Notes under the pieces: model-generated
What the model saw: only the letters and a program-made list of their open reading frames with translations
Database searches by the model: none
What the model was told of the DNA's origin: nothing
In this document: positions 1 through 13,032 of the stretch, in pieces
Position numbering within the stretch: the stretch's first letter is position 1
How the letters are laid out: the number at the start of each line of letters is the position of its first letter
Assembly (NCBI GenBank): GCA_964016885.1
Contig: OZ024761.1
Coordinates: forward strand, 13,454,001 to 13,518,000
Reading direction: 5' to 3'
Length of the DNA stretch: 64,000 bases
From: Eledone cirrhosa
Lineage: Eukaryota
Translations under genes and position numbers: made by a program

Positions 1-39
<39 letters not shown>

Positions 40-207
40 TAAACGGAAAAGAAAATGCTGACAAATTGTTCACAGTTGAAAAATGGTTTAATTAGGAATA
101 AAAGAGTATTAGTGATTGTATAGGTTAGTATTCAGTTGTGGTTTTAAGTTTTTAAGTTTTTACCGGTTGCGCATTTCTAAATGCTTTTCAAAAATAATTT
201 TGAGATA

Positions 208-1295
208 TAACATTGAAAGGAACTGGAAGCGATATCTAGATGACTGCTTCATCCTTTGGCACGAAAACATCGAAAAACTTAAAGAATGTCACACCCTTAT
301 AAATGGGCTCAACACAAATATTAACTTCACGATGGAATACAGCCATCAACAACTCCCCTTCCTCGACATCCTCATTAAGACCCATAACAAAAAAATAGAA
401 ACAGACATATACTACAAGCCCACAGACTCCAAGCAATATCTCCCCTTCAACTCTTGCCACCCTAGACACGTTAAAATTAATATTCCCTACAACTTAGCCA
501 AGAGAATCTGTACTATAGTCTCCAATAAAAACATCTGCTACTTACGGCTACAAGAACTAAAGGACACACTCATAGGCAGGGACTACCCTGCATCACTAAT
601 TGACAATGGAATCCAACGTGCCCTAAAACTCAGTACCCAGGACCTTAGACACCCTAAAGTAAATCAACCAAAACTAAAAGCTCTTCCATACATCTCCACA
701 CACAACCCCCTCAACAATGAGGCCTTTGACACCATCCTCCAGAACATCCCTGTATTGAAAAAGGACCATAGAATGAACCAAATTCTACGAACACACGATA
801 TCATAAAGAGCAAAAGACAATCCAAGTCAATGAAAAACATCTTAACACATGCCAAAGTACTGCCAACCACAACAACGAAACCCACAGTAAAAAAAATGCG
901 ATAGACCCAACTGTGGCATTTGCATCAACCTAATAGAGGGTTCGGAATTCTATTTCAAAGATGGACAACGTTTTATAGTAAAACACAATTTCACATGTGC
1001 ATCGGAAAATCTAATATATGTATTAACTTGTTCAGGTTGTCGAGAACAATACATAGGCCAGACCAAAAACAGCCTCCGCCAACGCATGACTGTCCATAGA
1101 TCCCAAATTAAAATACGGGAATACAGGAAAATACCACTGAGTGAACACATTGATACCTGTGCCGCCCAAAATCATCCCAACTTCAGAATCTTTTCCCTCT
1201 ACAAATTTAAAGATAATGCCACCCACACCCAGCGCATCAGCAAGGAATCTTACTTCATTAACAAATACGGACCCCGTCTAAACACTTCTCCCTAA
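208..1295 (+). pseudogene. PLE reverse transcriptase C-terminus plus GIY-YIG endonuclease, frameshifted in the A-run near 890-897
   Basis: WKRYLDDCF (YxDD), LPFLDILI, TDIYYKPTD..YL...SCHP; after the frameshift CDRPNCGIC..NLIYVLTCSGCREQYIGQT..LRQRM..H..KESYFI..Y...LN. Confidence 0.9.
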
Positions 1296-1611
1296 GACGA
1301 ACCCACAACATACACACGTCAACATACATACCTACATCAGCACACATCTCTACCCACATATAAACACAATGACACACGTAAACACACATGCTCTATGGTG
1401 CAATACAAAGAAATATGTGTGCATATATATGTATGTATATATGTATATATATGTAGTGGATATATGTATGTGTGTATATATATATATAGTGAATATCATT
1501 CCACACCTTTTATTGTTAAGATTTTTGATGTTCTATTAAGAGAACCGATTTTACTGAAAAAATCGAATAATGTACACCATTTTACCAGGGGGAAAAAAAT
1601 ACTGGTCCACC

Positions 1612-1734
1612 CACACACACACACACACACATACACAGACACATACACACGCGTACATCAACATACAAAGAGACTTACACACACACACATACACAGACAC
1701 ATACACACGCGTACATCAACATACAAAGAGACTT

Positions 1735-1766
<32 letters not shown>

Positions 1767-1821
1767 TTCTCCGTATAAGACAAAAGCTGAAAAATATCTT
1801 TTGACCTTCGAATGACTCTGC

Positions 1822-1858
<37 letters not shown>

Positions 1859-1927
1859 ATCTTAATAGCCATTTGACACACATCGCTGCTGGCCATTGTC
1901 GCAGCATCGAACACCTTACTACTACTA

Positions 1928-1988
<61 letters not shown>
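1612..1988. repeat. (CA)n-rich microsatellite cluster within the PLE 3' region
   Basis: direct reading. Confidence 0.9.
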
Positions 1989-1991
<3 letters not shown>

Positions 1992-2503
1992 TTGTTGTGA
2001 AAGAGTCATTTCTCAATCTTGGCGCAAAACCAATTTTTTATCCACATGACCTCTACCGACCAATCAAAATTGTTTTGACCAAGAATTTTTGCTGGAGCCA
2101 CTTTTTTAACATAAAAACAGTCTTGGCGCAAAATCAACTTTTTACATTCACATGACCTCTACCGACCAATCAAAATTGTTTTGACCACAAGCATTTTTGC
2201 AACACAAAAATAACGCTGGAGCCACTTTTTTAACATAAAAACAGGTAGAATTCCCAAAACTAATCAGATCAGAGCAAACAGCACGGACACTCTATCTCAA
2301 AATTATTTTTGAAAAGCATTTAGAAATGCGCAACCGGTAAAAACTTAAAAACTTAAAACCACAACTGAATACTAACCCATACAATCACTAATACTCTTTT
2401 ATTCCTAATTAAACCATTTTTCAACTGTGAACAATTTGTCAGCATTTTCTATTCCGTTTACCAATATATAATAACTTGTGTGTTACACCTCTATTCTTTT
2501 AAC

Positions 2504-2533
<30 letters not shown>

Positions 2534-2534
<1 letters not shown>

Positions 2535-3102
2535 ATAGTGATTAATGTTCAGAGCCATCCTCAGGATTCTTGTGTAGCACCCATCCACCATCTGAGTGAG
2601 TTTCTTGGTTAGTGTCCAAGTCTCAGACCAGTACAGCAATGAAGAGGCGGATCTTCAGGTCTTTACGAAGGTCCGACTCCCACACCGATCCCAAGCTGTG
2701 GCACGCCGCCCAGGCTTTGCTCTTCCTCTCAACCACATCATCTTCCGTATTCCCAATCTTTGCTCCCAAATACAGGAAATCTTCAACCAATTCTAGCGGC
2801 TTCCCGCCTACATTAGTACAGAGCTGTATGGGAGCCTCCCAAAAGTCAGCTCAAAAGTGACACAGAGGAGACTGAGGTTAGCTGGACATGTTCACCGACA
2901 TCCAGAGTTGACATTGCACTCAGTGCTCCTGTGGGAGTCCCTACATGGACACACTGGAAGCGGAAGACCAAGGTTAACGTATGTTGATGCCCTAAGGACA
3001 GACACTGGTCTGTTGGAGACGCAGGACATGGCAGCGATAATGAGGGACAGAGACCGCTGGAGAGAACTTGTCCATGGATCTCGGGAATTTTACCCGCCCT
3101 AG
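2534..3102 (+). mobile_element. RTE-like LINE 3' fragment with inverted 5' part
   Basis: sense part encodes QRRLRLAGHVHRHPE..GRPRLTYVD..DRDRWR; 2534-2815 is antisense to LELVEDFLYLG..ETWTLTK..RILRMAL. Confidence 0.8.
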
Positions 3103-3470
3103 ATGATAGATGATATATATATATATATATATATAATAAAATTCTTCACTACGATAAACACAGGCTGGGAAAGCTCGAGAAAATTGGTACTTCATGCTTG
3201 AAAAACCATTTCAGACACACCTGAACGAAAATAAAATGTACACTGCACACACACACATACACACACACACGCGCGCGCTCGCACATACACATATGTATTT
3301 TGTATGAACATTCTTGAACATCACCCATTGACATCGTTATGGTTGGAATCAATCGTATTTATTTATTGAAGAGATGTTTACAACATAGATAAGGTGTTTT
3401 AGGGTTTTTTTCTTTCGTTTTGTTTTTCTCCGTCTTTCAAACCCTTTATGCCTTCCCCACACACACACAC

Positions 3471-3577
3471 AATTGACTTCGGTGGGATTTGAACTCAGAA
3501 CGTAAAGCACGGTCGTAACTAAATGCCGCAAATCATTTTATCCGGCCCTCGGACACATATGCCAACCCACCACCTTA
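3471..3577 (-). mobile_element. tRNA-derived SINE head fragment (family 2)
   Basis: reverse complement contains ctgagttcaaatcccaccgaagtcaa, matching other copies in the window. Confidence 0.65.
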
Positions 3578-4298
3578 CACCGGCTATGTACATCAGTAAT
3601 CGTTCCTGTTAAGCTGTCAGTCGGATGTTTCTTACAAAGTGTATAGGTTTTTGTCCAACACCGACTCTGTCTTCATTTCTCGTGTATTGATATCAACTCT
3701 ACTTCAGAATCACTGCATTTCTTTCTCTCTGTCTTATCTTATCTTTCTCTGTTTCTCTCATGTCTTTTCAAGATCATTGCTTCATTTTCCGTAAGTAATT
3801 CTGTTATTATACGCTTTATATATATATATATATATTGGTGTGTGAGTACGTAATTATATTATATATATATATATACCCATCTTATGAGGAATGCAAGTGG
3901 TAGTGTTGATGTTGATAATGATGATGATTCTGCATTGCGTTATTAAGGAATAACCAATAAGTTGACGGAAGAATGTTAATAAATATATACTTTATATATA
4001 ATATTGTGTGTGCGTATAGACCATTATTATATGTATATATTAGTGTGCGTGTATATATATATATATATATATATAAACACACGGGGGTCGGTTGAAGCAT
4101 TTCTGAATGGGGTGGATAGGTGGAATTCTGGTTAATTTAGTTGTTGTGATTAGTTTAGCTGTTATTATCAAATATCAACCAAGATATATTAAAAAAAACC
4201 CTTCGATATGTGATAAACACATGTATATATGTTGTAGCGTATATATAAATAGATGTTTGTTTTGGTAGTTTAGGGAGAAAAATATATAATTATTCCCT

Positions 4299-4375
<77 letters not shown>

Positions 4376-4582
4376 ACAAAGAGGGTGTCGTAAGATACCA
4401 GGTGGATCATAACGCACCAAAACTTAGTTCAGATCTAGCTGTTGAAACGGCCGGAGCTCAGCCGTCGGGGTCCTCATTCTTTTCATATATATATATATAT
4501 ATGTGTGTGTAACAAAGTTTAATACTAATGTATTGAGTACCTTACTGTGGTTACCCCCAGTTGAACCCATGACACACATATA

Positions 4583-5015
4583 CAGGGTGAGTCAAAATTA
4601 TGTTAACACTAGTGTGGGAGAAATCCTTTATTCAGAATTTACTGAACAGTTTCAACCTGGTCACCGGCATCATCAATACACAAAAAACCATCGATCAACA
4701 CAACAGTACAATTTAATGCTTTGACACACATTCCACGGGGAATACTTAATATGACACCTTGTATTCTGTCCTTGAGTTCATCGATGTCTCTTAACTTTTT
4801 TGCTATACACGCGCTCCTTTACCATGCCCCATAACCAGAAGTCACAGGGTGTCAGATCAGGGCAGTGTGCAGGCCATGCCAATGGTCCACCGCGACCTAT
4901 CCAACGATTTGGAAATGTTTTGATCGAGAAAAGCTCGAACAGTACGGGCAAAATGAGGCGGTGTACCATCCTATAACAGAACAGAAAAGTGTTAACATAA
5001 TTTTGACTCACCCTG
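4583..5015 (-). mobile_element. Internally deleted Tc1/mariner-superfamily DNA transposon
   Basis: perfect 28-bp TIRs CAGGGTGAGTCAAAATTATGTTAACACT at 4583-4610 and 4988-5015, TA on both sides; minus-strand remnant FPNRWIGRGGPLAWPAHCPDLTPCDFWLWGMVKERVY (WPxxSPDL-type motif). Confidence 0.9.
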
Positions 5016-5299
5016 TATATATTAGGTGATTCAGTAAATTTGTGGTTTACTGACGAAGGTGCCAATATTAGCCCTCTATGCTATAGCAAAGTGTAAACTT
5101 TAAGAACAAATCACAGTTTCACATTGAGGTTTTTATTGATTAAGCCCAGTTACGAACGTTTCACAGATGTTTAGCTCCACCTTTCGTCCTTATAGGGGCA
5201 TTAAAATAAAGTACCAGTAATACACTGGGTTAAATTTGATCATCTTTCCCACTCCTACTAAAAGCTGGCCTTGTTCCTTAATCATTAACGATTATTAGG

Positions 5300-5515
5300 T
5301 GTAGAGGAAGACTAGGTAAAGATCCCCCCCTCCTTCAGTCACAAAAGACAATGGGATTTGTACCTAGAAAGTTCCTCTCTGAGACACAAGTTCGAGCAAG
5401 GTTGTTTGTGGAAGACCAGCAGTTGCCCTTATATACCAGTCTCCTTTCTCCATGCCACCGATGTTGTCCTATGGAAAGGAAATGGCCAATGCAGCTAGGC
5501 ACCAGTGATGTCACA
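5300..5515 (-). mobile_element. 3' part of a tRNA-derived SINE (family 1); its 5' part appears to be at 11575-11700
   Basis: segment ending gcaccagtgatgtcac; the head half (cagctgagtaaactggagcaatgtgaaataaagtgtcttgctcaagg...) resumes at 11578. Confidence 0.6.
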
Positions 5516-5545
5516 ATATATACTATATATATACTGTATATATAT

Positions 5546-7576
5546 CATCATCATCATCATCAACGTTTAACGTCCGTGTTCCACGCTTGCATGGGTTTGG
5601 ACGGGGGTAGTCCCACTTGAGGCAAGAGTGATTGTCTTGCTCGCATAGGACTGTCTGGCAGGTTTTCTACAGTTGGATGCCCTTCCTAACACCAACCACA
5701 TTTACAGTGTGGGTCTGGGAGGTTTTTACCGTGTTGCCTACACAGCCACATTACAGCGTGAACTGTGTGTTTTTTTGTCGTGACACCTACACGATCTCAT
5801 TTGTTTCGGCCTGGATGGCGCGGCACCAACATAACTTTACATAGAACGGGGTGGTGGTGGTGGGACGGGGTGTATTTTGTTAGAGATGCCTACTGGCAAG
5901 GTGGGTCTTCTCTGTTACTGAGTACCACCAAAGGTCTCGGTCTAGTGACATTGTCTTGGAGAGGTGTAAGTGTGTGAGGTCGGAGTTTATCAGCTCGTCC
6001 CAGGTTTTTCTAGGTCTGCCTATTCCGTGGCTACCGTCTATCTTTATTGCCCTGCACTTTGTTATACAGCTATCGACTTTCATGCGCATCACGTGTCCAT
6101 ACCAACGTAGCCTTCTCTCGAGTAAACAACATCTGATCCCTCTTATCTCTAATTTTTTCCTTAGTTCGTTTATGCTTTGCCGTTCACGTATATTACTGTT
6201 ACACATCCAGCGGAGCATGCAAGCTTCGTTCCTCTCTAGTCTGCGTATATCCTCTGCACACAATGCCCAGGTCTCACTGCCATGCAACATTGCTGTTCGT
6301 ATGCAGGCATCGTACAACCTGCCTTTCATTTTTAGGGAGAACCCTTTAGCAGCTAATAGCGGTATAAGCTCTCTGAACTTTTTCCAACCAGTTCTGACTC
6401 TAGCTACTGTACTTTCAGAGCACCCTCCCCCACTGCTGATTTTATCGCCCAGGTAACGGAAGCTGTCCACTATTTCTATAGAACCCTCTGCGCAATTGAA
6501 AGAGCTAGTATTTTGTGGGCACTTGCTGCTACTTATTGCACCAGAACACCAGCCACATGTAAAATCTATGTTCTTAGTTAGCTTACCTGTGATCCCACTA
6601 CATCTTTTATGCACCCATACTTTGCATTTAGGACATAAAATGGAGTTTCTACCTACGCCTTTCCTACACACCGAGCACGACCATTTCCCAGCAGGGACCG
6701 CCGCCTTGTTTTCTTTCCTACAAACTAGAACTTTAGTCTTAGCCAGGTTAATTTTAAGTCCTTTTGACTCTAGGCCGTGCTTCCATGTTTGGAATTTCTA
6801 CTCTAGCTCAGCCATTGATTCCGCTATGAGTGTCAGGTCGTCTGTGTATAGGAGTTCCCATGGGCAGCCGGTCTTGAACTCCTCTGTTATAGCCTGAAGG
6901 GCAATAATAAATAGTAGGGGGCTGAGAACAGAGCCCTGATGGACGCCAACTTTTACGCTAAACTCTTCACTATATTCGTTGTTAATTCTAACCTTGCTGA
7001 CTGTTTCTTTATACATGGCTTGTATAGCCCTCACAAGCCATTCGTCAATGCCTAGTTTTCTAAGAGCCCACCAGATAATGGAGCGGGGGACTCTGTCGAA
7101 GGCTTTCTCCAAGTCGACAAAAGCTAAGTAGAGGGGTTTACCTTTAGCTAGGTACTTCTCCTGTAGTTGTCGTACTATGAAAAGAGCGTCTGTGGTACTT
7201 TTGCCTGACACAAACCCGAACTGCATTTCATCTAGGTCAATTCTCTCTCTGATTAGTTGCGCTATTACTTTTTCCGTGACCTTCATGACCTGGTTGATTA
7301 ATTTAATGCCTCTATAGTTACTCCTATCTAGGGCGTCTCCTTTACCCTTATAACAGTTAACGATGATGCTGCTATGCCAGTCCTTCGGAACAACCCCATT
7401 CTGTACGACTTGGTTAACTATGCAGGTGGCCATGGTGTGTCCCACCGTGCCAGATGCCTTCAGCATCTCAGCAACTATTTCCGAAGGCCCAGCCGCCTTA
7501 CCCGTCTTCATATCCTTGATTGCCTTACTTATTATACTCCCCTCGACTAACACTGCTGGTCCCTCTATTGGGTCGA
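5546..7576 (-). mobile_element. 5'-truncated RTE-clade LINE (RT, PHD-like finger, 3' UTR, (GAT)n tail), disrupted
   Basis: ORFs 6798-7616 and 5880-6671 are collinear with the intact ORF at 7937-11056, with a stop at 6798 and YADD changed to YTDD; (cat)n tail at 5546. Confidence 0.92.
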
Positions 7577-7840
7577 TATATATATATATATAGTACAGTA
7601 TATATACACTATACATACACTATATATGATGTTGTCCAAGGGAAAGACAATGGCCGATACAGCTAGGCACCAGTGATGTCACAATATATACTATATATAT
7701 ACTGTATATATATTTAGCAGTATTGGCTTATAGATGTTATCGGTTATTGAGTAGTCGGGACAATATATATCTATATATAATATATACAATATATACTATA
7801 TATATATATATATTATGTACAGTATATATACACTATACAT

Positions 7841-10800
7841 ACCCCACCACCACTGTCCTTCTAGCCCTCAATTTTCCCACCGTTAGGGATGGATGAGCTG
7901 GGAATACACGAGCAACTCTGAATCAATAGATGAAATATGAATCTGCGAGCTACCAAGCACCCACGTGAAGCGCCAACCCAGAGACCCTCCCCTACGAGTG
8001 TCGACAAATGCCCAAAACTCCGAGTTGGTACCATCAATGTAGGCTCAATGAAAGGAAGAGCAGGAGAAATCGTAGAAATGCTAGAGCGAAAGGAAGTTGA
8101 TGTATGCTGTGTGCAAGAGACTAGATGGAGAGGAGGGTCTGCTAGAGTCCTTGTAGGAAAAAGCCAGTGCTACAAATTTTTCTGGGTGGGAAATGACGAT
8201 GGGATGGGTGGTGTAGGTATACTATTAGCTGACAAGTGGGTAGATAAAGTAATCTCAGTGTACAGGGTAAATGCAAGAATCATTAAACTCAGACTAGTCC
8301 TGAATAAGACAATTACCACAATAATATCAGCTTACGCACCCCAATCGGGGCTGCCAGACGAACTTAAGGATAGGTTTTACGAGTCCCTAATACACACTAC
8401 TGCTCTAACAGACGACAAGGACTTCCTAATCATTGCAGGAGATTTTAACGGACACGTAGGTAAACACTGCGACGGCTTCAATAGAGTACATGGAGGCCAT
8501 GGAGTTGGCACAAGGAATGAGGAAGGATTCAGACTTCTAGAATTCTGCGACGCCAATGACATGTCGATATGTAACACAAACTTTAAAAAACCCGACAACC
8601 ACCTGATCACCTATAGATCAGGGGAGCACTCTAGTCAGTTAGATTTTATCCTCATCAGAGGACGTGACAGATGGACGGTCGTAAACACAAAAGCCTTCCC
8701 TAGTGAGGAATGTACATCCCAACATAGCTTAGTTGTCAGCGACCTCACGGTCAGAACTAGACGAGCCCTGAAACAGAGGCCAACCTGGAGAAGAAAGATC
8801 TGGAAGCTGAAAGTCCCCTCAACCAGTAACAGATTTAAAGATATTTTACTCAACGCCTACGACAGTAAAGAAGAACAGATAGAGACATTTAACGTAGAAG
8901 AGAACTGGGAGTTCCTAAAAAATAACTTACTAGAGGCGACGGATGAGGTTTGTGGCTGGAGTAAGACCTCAAGCAGGAGGAGAGTGACTTGGTGGTGGAA
9001 CAATAAGGTAGATGAAGCAGTCAAGGCCAAGAGACAGGCATGGAAAGAATGGAAGAACGGGGGGAGCAGGGTACATTACATAGAGACCAAGAGGGAAGCT
9101 AGGCGACAAGTATACTTAGCTAGGAGGGAAGCAGAGGATAGAAAATTCAAGCATGTTTTACAACGTGAGGACCAGAAACAGGAGGTATTCAAGATTGCGA
9201 GGCAGTGTGTCAGAGATAGTTGTGATGTCATTGGAGAGAAGTGTATCCGGAATGATAAAGGTGAGCTTGCCCTCACAAGTGCTGAGAAGAAAGATGCATG
9301 GAAGAGTCATTATGATAGATTACTAAATGAGGAGAATGCATGGGAAGAAGAGACCCTACCCCACGTAGACCCTATAGAGGGACCAGCAGTACAAGTCAGC
9401 GGCAGCGTAGTAAGTAAGGCAATCAGAGATATGAAGATAGGGAAGGCAACCGGTCCATCGGGTATAGCTGCCGAGATGCTGAAGGCATCTGGGTCTGTAG
9501 GTCACACTATAACCACACGTATCGTTAACCAGGTAATACTAGAGGGGGCCATACCAAAAGATTGGTGCAGTAGCATCATTGTCAACTGCTACAAAGGTAA
9601 AGGCGATGCACTAGATAGAGGAAACTATAGAGGTATAAAGTTGATGGACCAGGTCATGAAAGTAACAGAAAGAGTTATAGCACAGCTGATTAGGGACCGG
9701 GTGAATATAGACGAGATGCAATTTGGGTTTGTTCCAGGGAAAGGCACCACTGATGCGCTCTTCCTTGTGAGGCAATTACAGGAAAAGTACCTAGCTAAAA
9801 GTAAGCCACTCTACTTGGCATTTGTCGACCTTGAGAAAGCCTTTGACAGAGTTCCACGTGCAGTAATCTGGTGGGCTCTTAGAAAACTAGGAGTAGATGA
9901 ATGGCTTGTGAAAGCGGTACAAGCCATGTATAGGGGAGCAGTCAGCAAAGTTAGGATTGGCAATGAGTATAGCGAGGAATTTAGCGTACAGGTTGGGGTC
10001 CACCAGGGCTCTGTTCTTAGCCCTCTCCTGTTCATCATAGTCCTGCAGGCAATAACGGAGGAGTTTAAGACCGGATGCCCATGGGAACTCCTGTATGCTG
10101 ATGACCTCGCACTCATAGCTGAATCTATGGTAGAACTAGAGAATAAATTCCAAACCTGGAAGCAGGGACTAGAGAGAAAGGGCCTCAAAGTCAACATGAC
10201 AAAGACTAAGGTCCTTATAAGTAGACGAGAAAACAGAACCCAGATCCCCTCAGGGAAATGGCCTTGCTCAGTATGTAGGAAAGGTGTAGGTAGGAACTCC
10301 ATTCTTTGCCCCAAATGCAAACAATGGGTACACAAGAGGTGTAGCGGGATCTCAGGAAGCTTAATTAAGAATGTAGGATTCACATGCAGCAGCTGTGCTG
10401 AAACAGCAAGCAAACAGCCACAGGAAACAAGTACCACCAATCTCTGGGAGGGCCCTGTAGAAACAGTAGACAGCTTCTGCTACCTAGGTGACCGAATTAG
10501 CAACGGAGGTGGGTGCTCAGAAAGTACAATAACTAGGGTAAGAACGGGATGGAAGAAGTTTAGGGAACTACTACCACTGCTAGCTGCAAAAGGCTTCTCC
10601 CTCAGAATGAAAGGCAGACTGTATGATGCGTGTATCCGAACAGCGATGCTGCATGGTAGTGAGACCTGGGCGCTGAAGGTGGAAGACTTACGTAGATTAG
10701 AGAGAAACGAAGCCTGCATGCTCCGATGGATGTGTAACAGTAATATACGTGAACGACAAAGCATAAAGGAATTGAGAGAGAGACTGAGCATAAGAGGAAT

Positions 10801-11360
10801 CAAATGCTGCGTGCAGGAGAGGCGGTTACGCTGGTATGGACATGTGATGCGTATGAAGGATGACAGCTGCATAAAAAGGTGCAGAGCACTAGAAGTTGAT
10901 GGAAACCGCGGAGTGGGGAGACCCAAGATGACTTGGGATGAGGTGATAAAAGCCGACCTTACCCAACTACACCTCTCAAAGTCAATGACACACGACCGTG
11001 ACTTCTGGCGTCACGCAGTAATACAGGGTACCCGACCTCCCATGGGTACATGCTGAAGCATATAAACGATATGCCCCCCCCCCCCCACCGCAAGGTGGTC
11101 GTGGAGGTGCCACGGCAAAAAAGCACCCAGCCCACACTGTAAAGTGGACGTGTAGGCGCCACGAAAAAGCACCCAGCACTCACTGTAAATGAGGTTGGTG
11201 TTAGGAAGGGCATCCAGCTGTAGAAATCAAGCCAGATCAGTTCCTGTATGAGCAAGGCATGGTCAGCCGACCAGACACTGCCCACAACAGGACAACCCGT
11301 CTAACCCATGCTAGCGTGGAAGAACGGACGTAAAACGGTGATGATGATGATGATGATGAT
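7841..11360 (+). mobile_element. Full-length RTE-clade LINE
   Basis: short 5' UTR, single 1039-aa ORF, 3' UTR ending in (GAT)n, flanked by TA-rich sequence. Confidence 0.93.
7937..11056 (+). CDS. RTE LINE ORF: apurinic-like endonuclease + reverse transcriptase + C4HC3 PHD-type finger
   Basis: GTINVGS, CVQETRW, AGDFNGH, SQLDFIL, SQHSLV (APE); FVDLEKAFDRV, QGSVLSPLLF, LLYADD (RT); uninterrupted frame. Confidence 0.95.
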   Translation: MNLRATKHPREAPTQRPSPTSVDKCPKLRVGTINVGSMKGRAGEIVEMLERKEVDVCCVQETRWRGGSARVLVGKSQCYKFFWVGNDDGMGGVGILLADKWVDKVISVYRVNARIIKLRLVLNKTITTIISAYAPQSGLPDELKDRFYESLIHTTALTDDKDFLIIAGDFNGHVGKHCDGFNRVHGGHGVGTRNEEGFRLLEFCDANDMSICNTNFKKPDNHLITYRSGEHSSQLDFILIRGRDRWTVVNTKAFPSEECTSQHSLVVSDLTVRTRRALKQRPTWRRKIWKLKVPSTSNRFKDILLNAYDSKEEQIETFNVEENWEFLKNNLLEATDEVCGWSKTSSRRRVTWWWNNKVDEAVKAKRQAWKEWKNGGSRVHYIETKREARRQVYLARREAEDRKFKHVLQREDQKQEVFKIARQCVRDSCDVIGEKCIRNDKGELALTSAEKKDAWKSHYDRLLNEENAWEEETLPHVDPIEGPAVQVSGSVVSKAIRDMKIGKATGPSGIAAEMLKASGSVGHTITTRIVNQVILEGAIPKDWCSSIIVNCYKGKGDALDRGNYRGIKLMDQVMKVTERVIAQLIRDRVNIDEMQFGFVPGKGTTDALFLVRQLQEKYLAKSKPLYLAFVDLEKAFDRVPRAVIWWALRKLGVDEWLVKAVQAMYRGAVSKVRIGNEYSEEFSVQVGVHQGSVLSPLLFIIVLQAITEEFKTGCPWELLYADDLALIAESMVELENKFQTWKQGLERKGLKVNMTKTKVLISRRENRTQIPSGKWPCSVCRKGVGRNSILCPKCKQWVHKRCSGISGSLIKNVGFTCSSCAETASKQPQETSTTNLWEGPVETVDSFCYLGDRISNGGGCSESTITRVRTGWKKFRELLPLLAAKGFSLRMKGRLYDACIRTAMLHGSETWALKVEDLRRLERNEACMLRWMCNSNIRERQSIKELRERLSIRGIKCCVQERRLRWYGHVMRMKDDSCIKRCRALEVDGNRGVGRPKMTWDEVIKADLTQLHLSKSMTHDRDFWRHAVIQGTRPPMGTC

Positions 11361-11574
11361 ACACTATATATGATGTTGTCCTAGGGAAAGGAAATGGCCG
11401 ATACAGCTAGGCACCAGTGATGTCACAATATATACTATATATATATATTATGTACAGTATATATACACTATATATGATGATGTCCAAGGGAAAGACAATG
11501 GCTGATACAGCTTGACACCAGTGACGTCACTATATATATATATATATATATATTATGTACAGTATATATACACT

Positions 11575-11700
11575 ATACAGCTGAGTAAACTGGAGCAATG
11601 TGAAATAAAGTGTCTTGCTCAAGGATACAACAGATCACCTGGTCTAAGATCAAACTCATAATCTCACGATTGTAAGCCTGACGCTCTAGCCACCAAGTCA
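11575..11700 (-). mobile_element. tRNA-derived SINE head (family 1)
   Basis: matches heads at 15490-15626, 16838-16970 and 24181-24300. Confidence 0.7.
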
Positions 11701-11867
11701 GAAGAATACTAGGGTACCAGCAATAGATGAGGGGAACAAATTATTTATTGTTTTTTTTTATCTTGATTATTTGTTTGTTTATGTATTTTAGTTTTTCTAA
11801 CAAATGTCAAAGTTCAGCTTTGACTCAATTTTATGTCAAGTGTATGTATTGAGTGTCAAATGTGTGT

Positions 11868-12975
11868 ATATATATATATATGGGTGTGTATATATATATG
11901 TATGTGTATGTGTGTGTTTATATATATAAATGTGTGTGTTTATAGGTGTATATATATATATATATATGGGTGTGTATATATATATGTATGTGTATGTGTG
12001 TGTTTATATATATAAATGTGTGTGTTTATAGGTGTATATATATATATATATATGGGTGTGTATATATATATATGTATGTGTATGTGTGTGTTTATATATA
12101 TAAATGTGTGTGTTTATAGGTGTATATATATATATATATATATATGGGTGTGTATATATATATATGTATGTGTATGTGTGTGTTTATATATATAAATGTG
12201 TGTTTATAGGTGTATATATATATATGGGTGTGTATATATATATGTATGTGTATGTGTGTGTTTATATATATAAATGTGTGTTTATAGGTGTATATATATA
12301 TATATATATGGGTGTGTATATATATATATGTATGTGTATGTGTGTGTTTATATATATAAATGTGTGTGTTTATAGGTATATGTGTGTGTTTATAGGTATA
12401 TATGTGTGTTTATAGGTGTATATATGTATGTGTGTGTTTATATATATAAATGTGTGTGTTTATAGGTATATGTGTTTATAGGTGTATATATATATGTATG
12501 TGTGTGTTTATATATATAAATGTGTGTTTATAGGTGTATATATATATATATATATATGGGTGTGTATATATATATGTATGTGTGTGTTTATATATATATA
12601 TATATGTGTGTATGTGTTTATATAAATGTGTGTTTATGGGTATATATATATGTGTGTGTTTATGGACATTATATATCCGCCGAGGTTAACTTTGTCTTTC
12701 ATCCTTACGGGGTCGATAAAATAAAGTACCAGTAATGCACTGGTTAATTGCTGGCCTTGTGCCTAAAGTAGAAACAATTATATATATGTGTGGGTGTATA
12801 TATATGTGTGTGGGTGTGTTTATGGGTGTATTTGTGTGTGTTCATGGGTATATATATTTATATATGTATATATGTATGTGTGTGATTTTATATATAAATA
12901 TCCATATGTGTGTTTTGTGTGTATGTATGTATGTATATGTGCTTGTGTGTGTTGTGTGTCAAGTGTAGGTATATA
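11868..12975. repeat. Compound (TA)/(TG) micro-minisatellite with a small SINE fragment at 12676-12780
   Basis: repeating tataggtgtatata/tgggtgtgtata/aaatgtgtgtgttta blocks. Confidence 0.9.
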
Positions 12976-13032
12976 TGTATGTCAAGTGTATGTGTTGAGT
13001 GTCAAATGTGTGTGTATATATGTATGTGTGAA

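Larger units (their letters stand above)
35..2505 (+). mobile_element. Penelope-like retroelement, 5'-truncated, with an inverted copy of its 3' region at the 5' junction; inserted in (TA)n
   Basis: RT and GIY-YIG coding remnants; 35-207 is the near-perfect reverse complement of 2293-2465; (TA)n on both flanks. Confidence 0.85.

Noticed and set aside
8377-10926. Antisense ORFs within the RTE LINE
   Set aside because: Shadow frames of the long sense ORF
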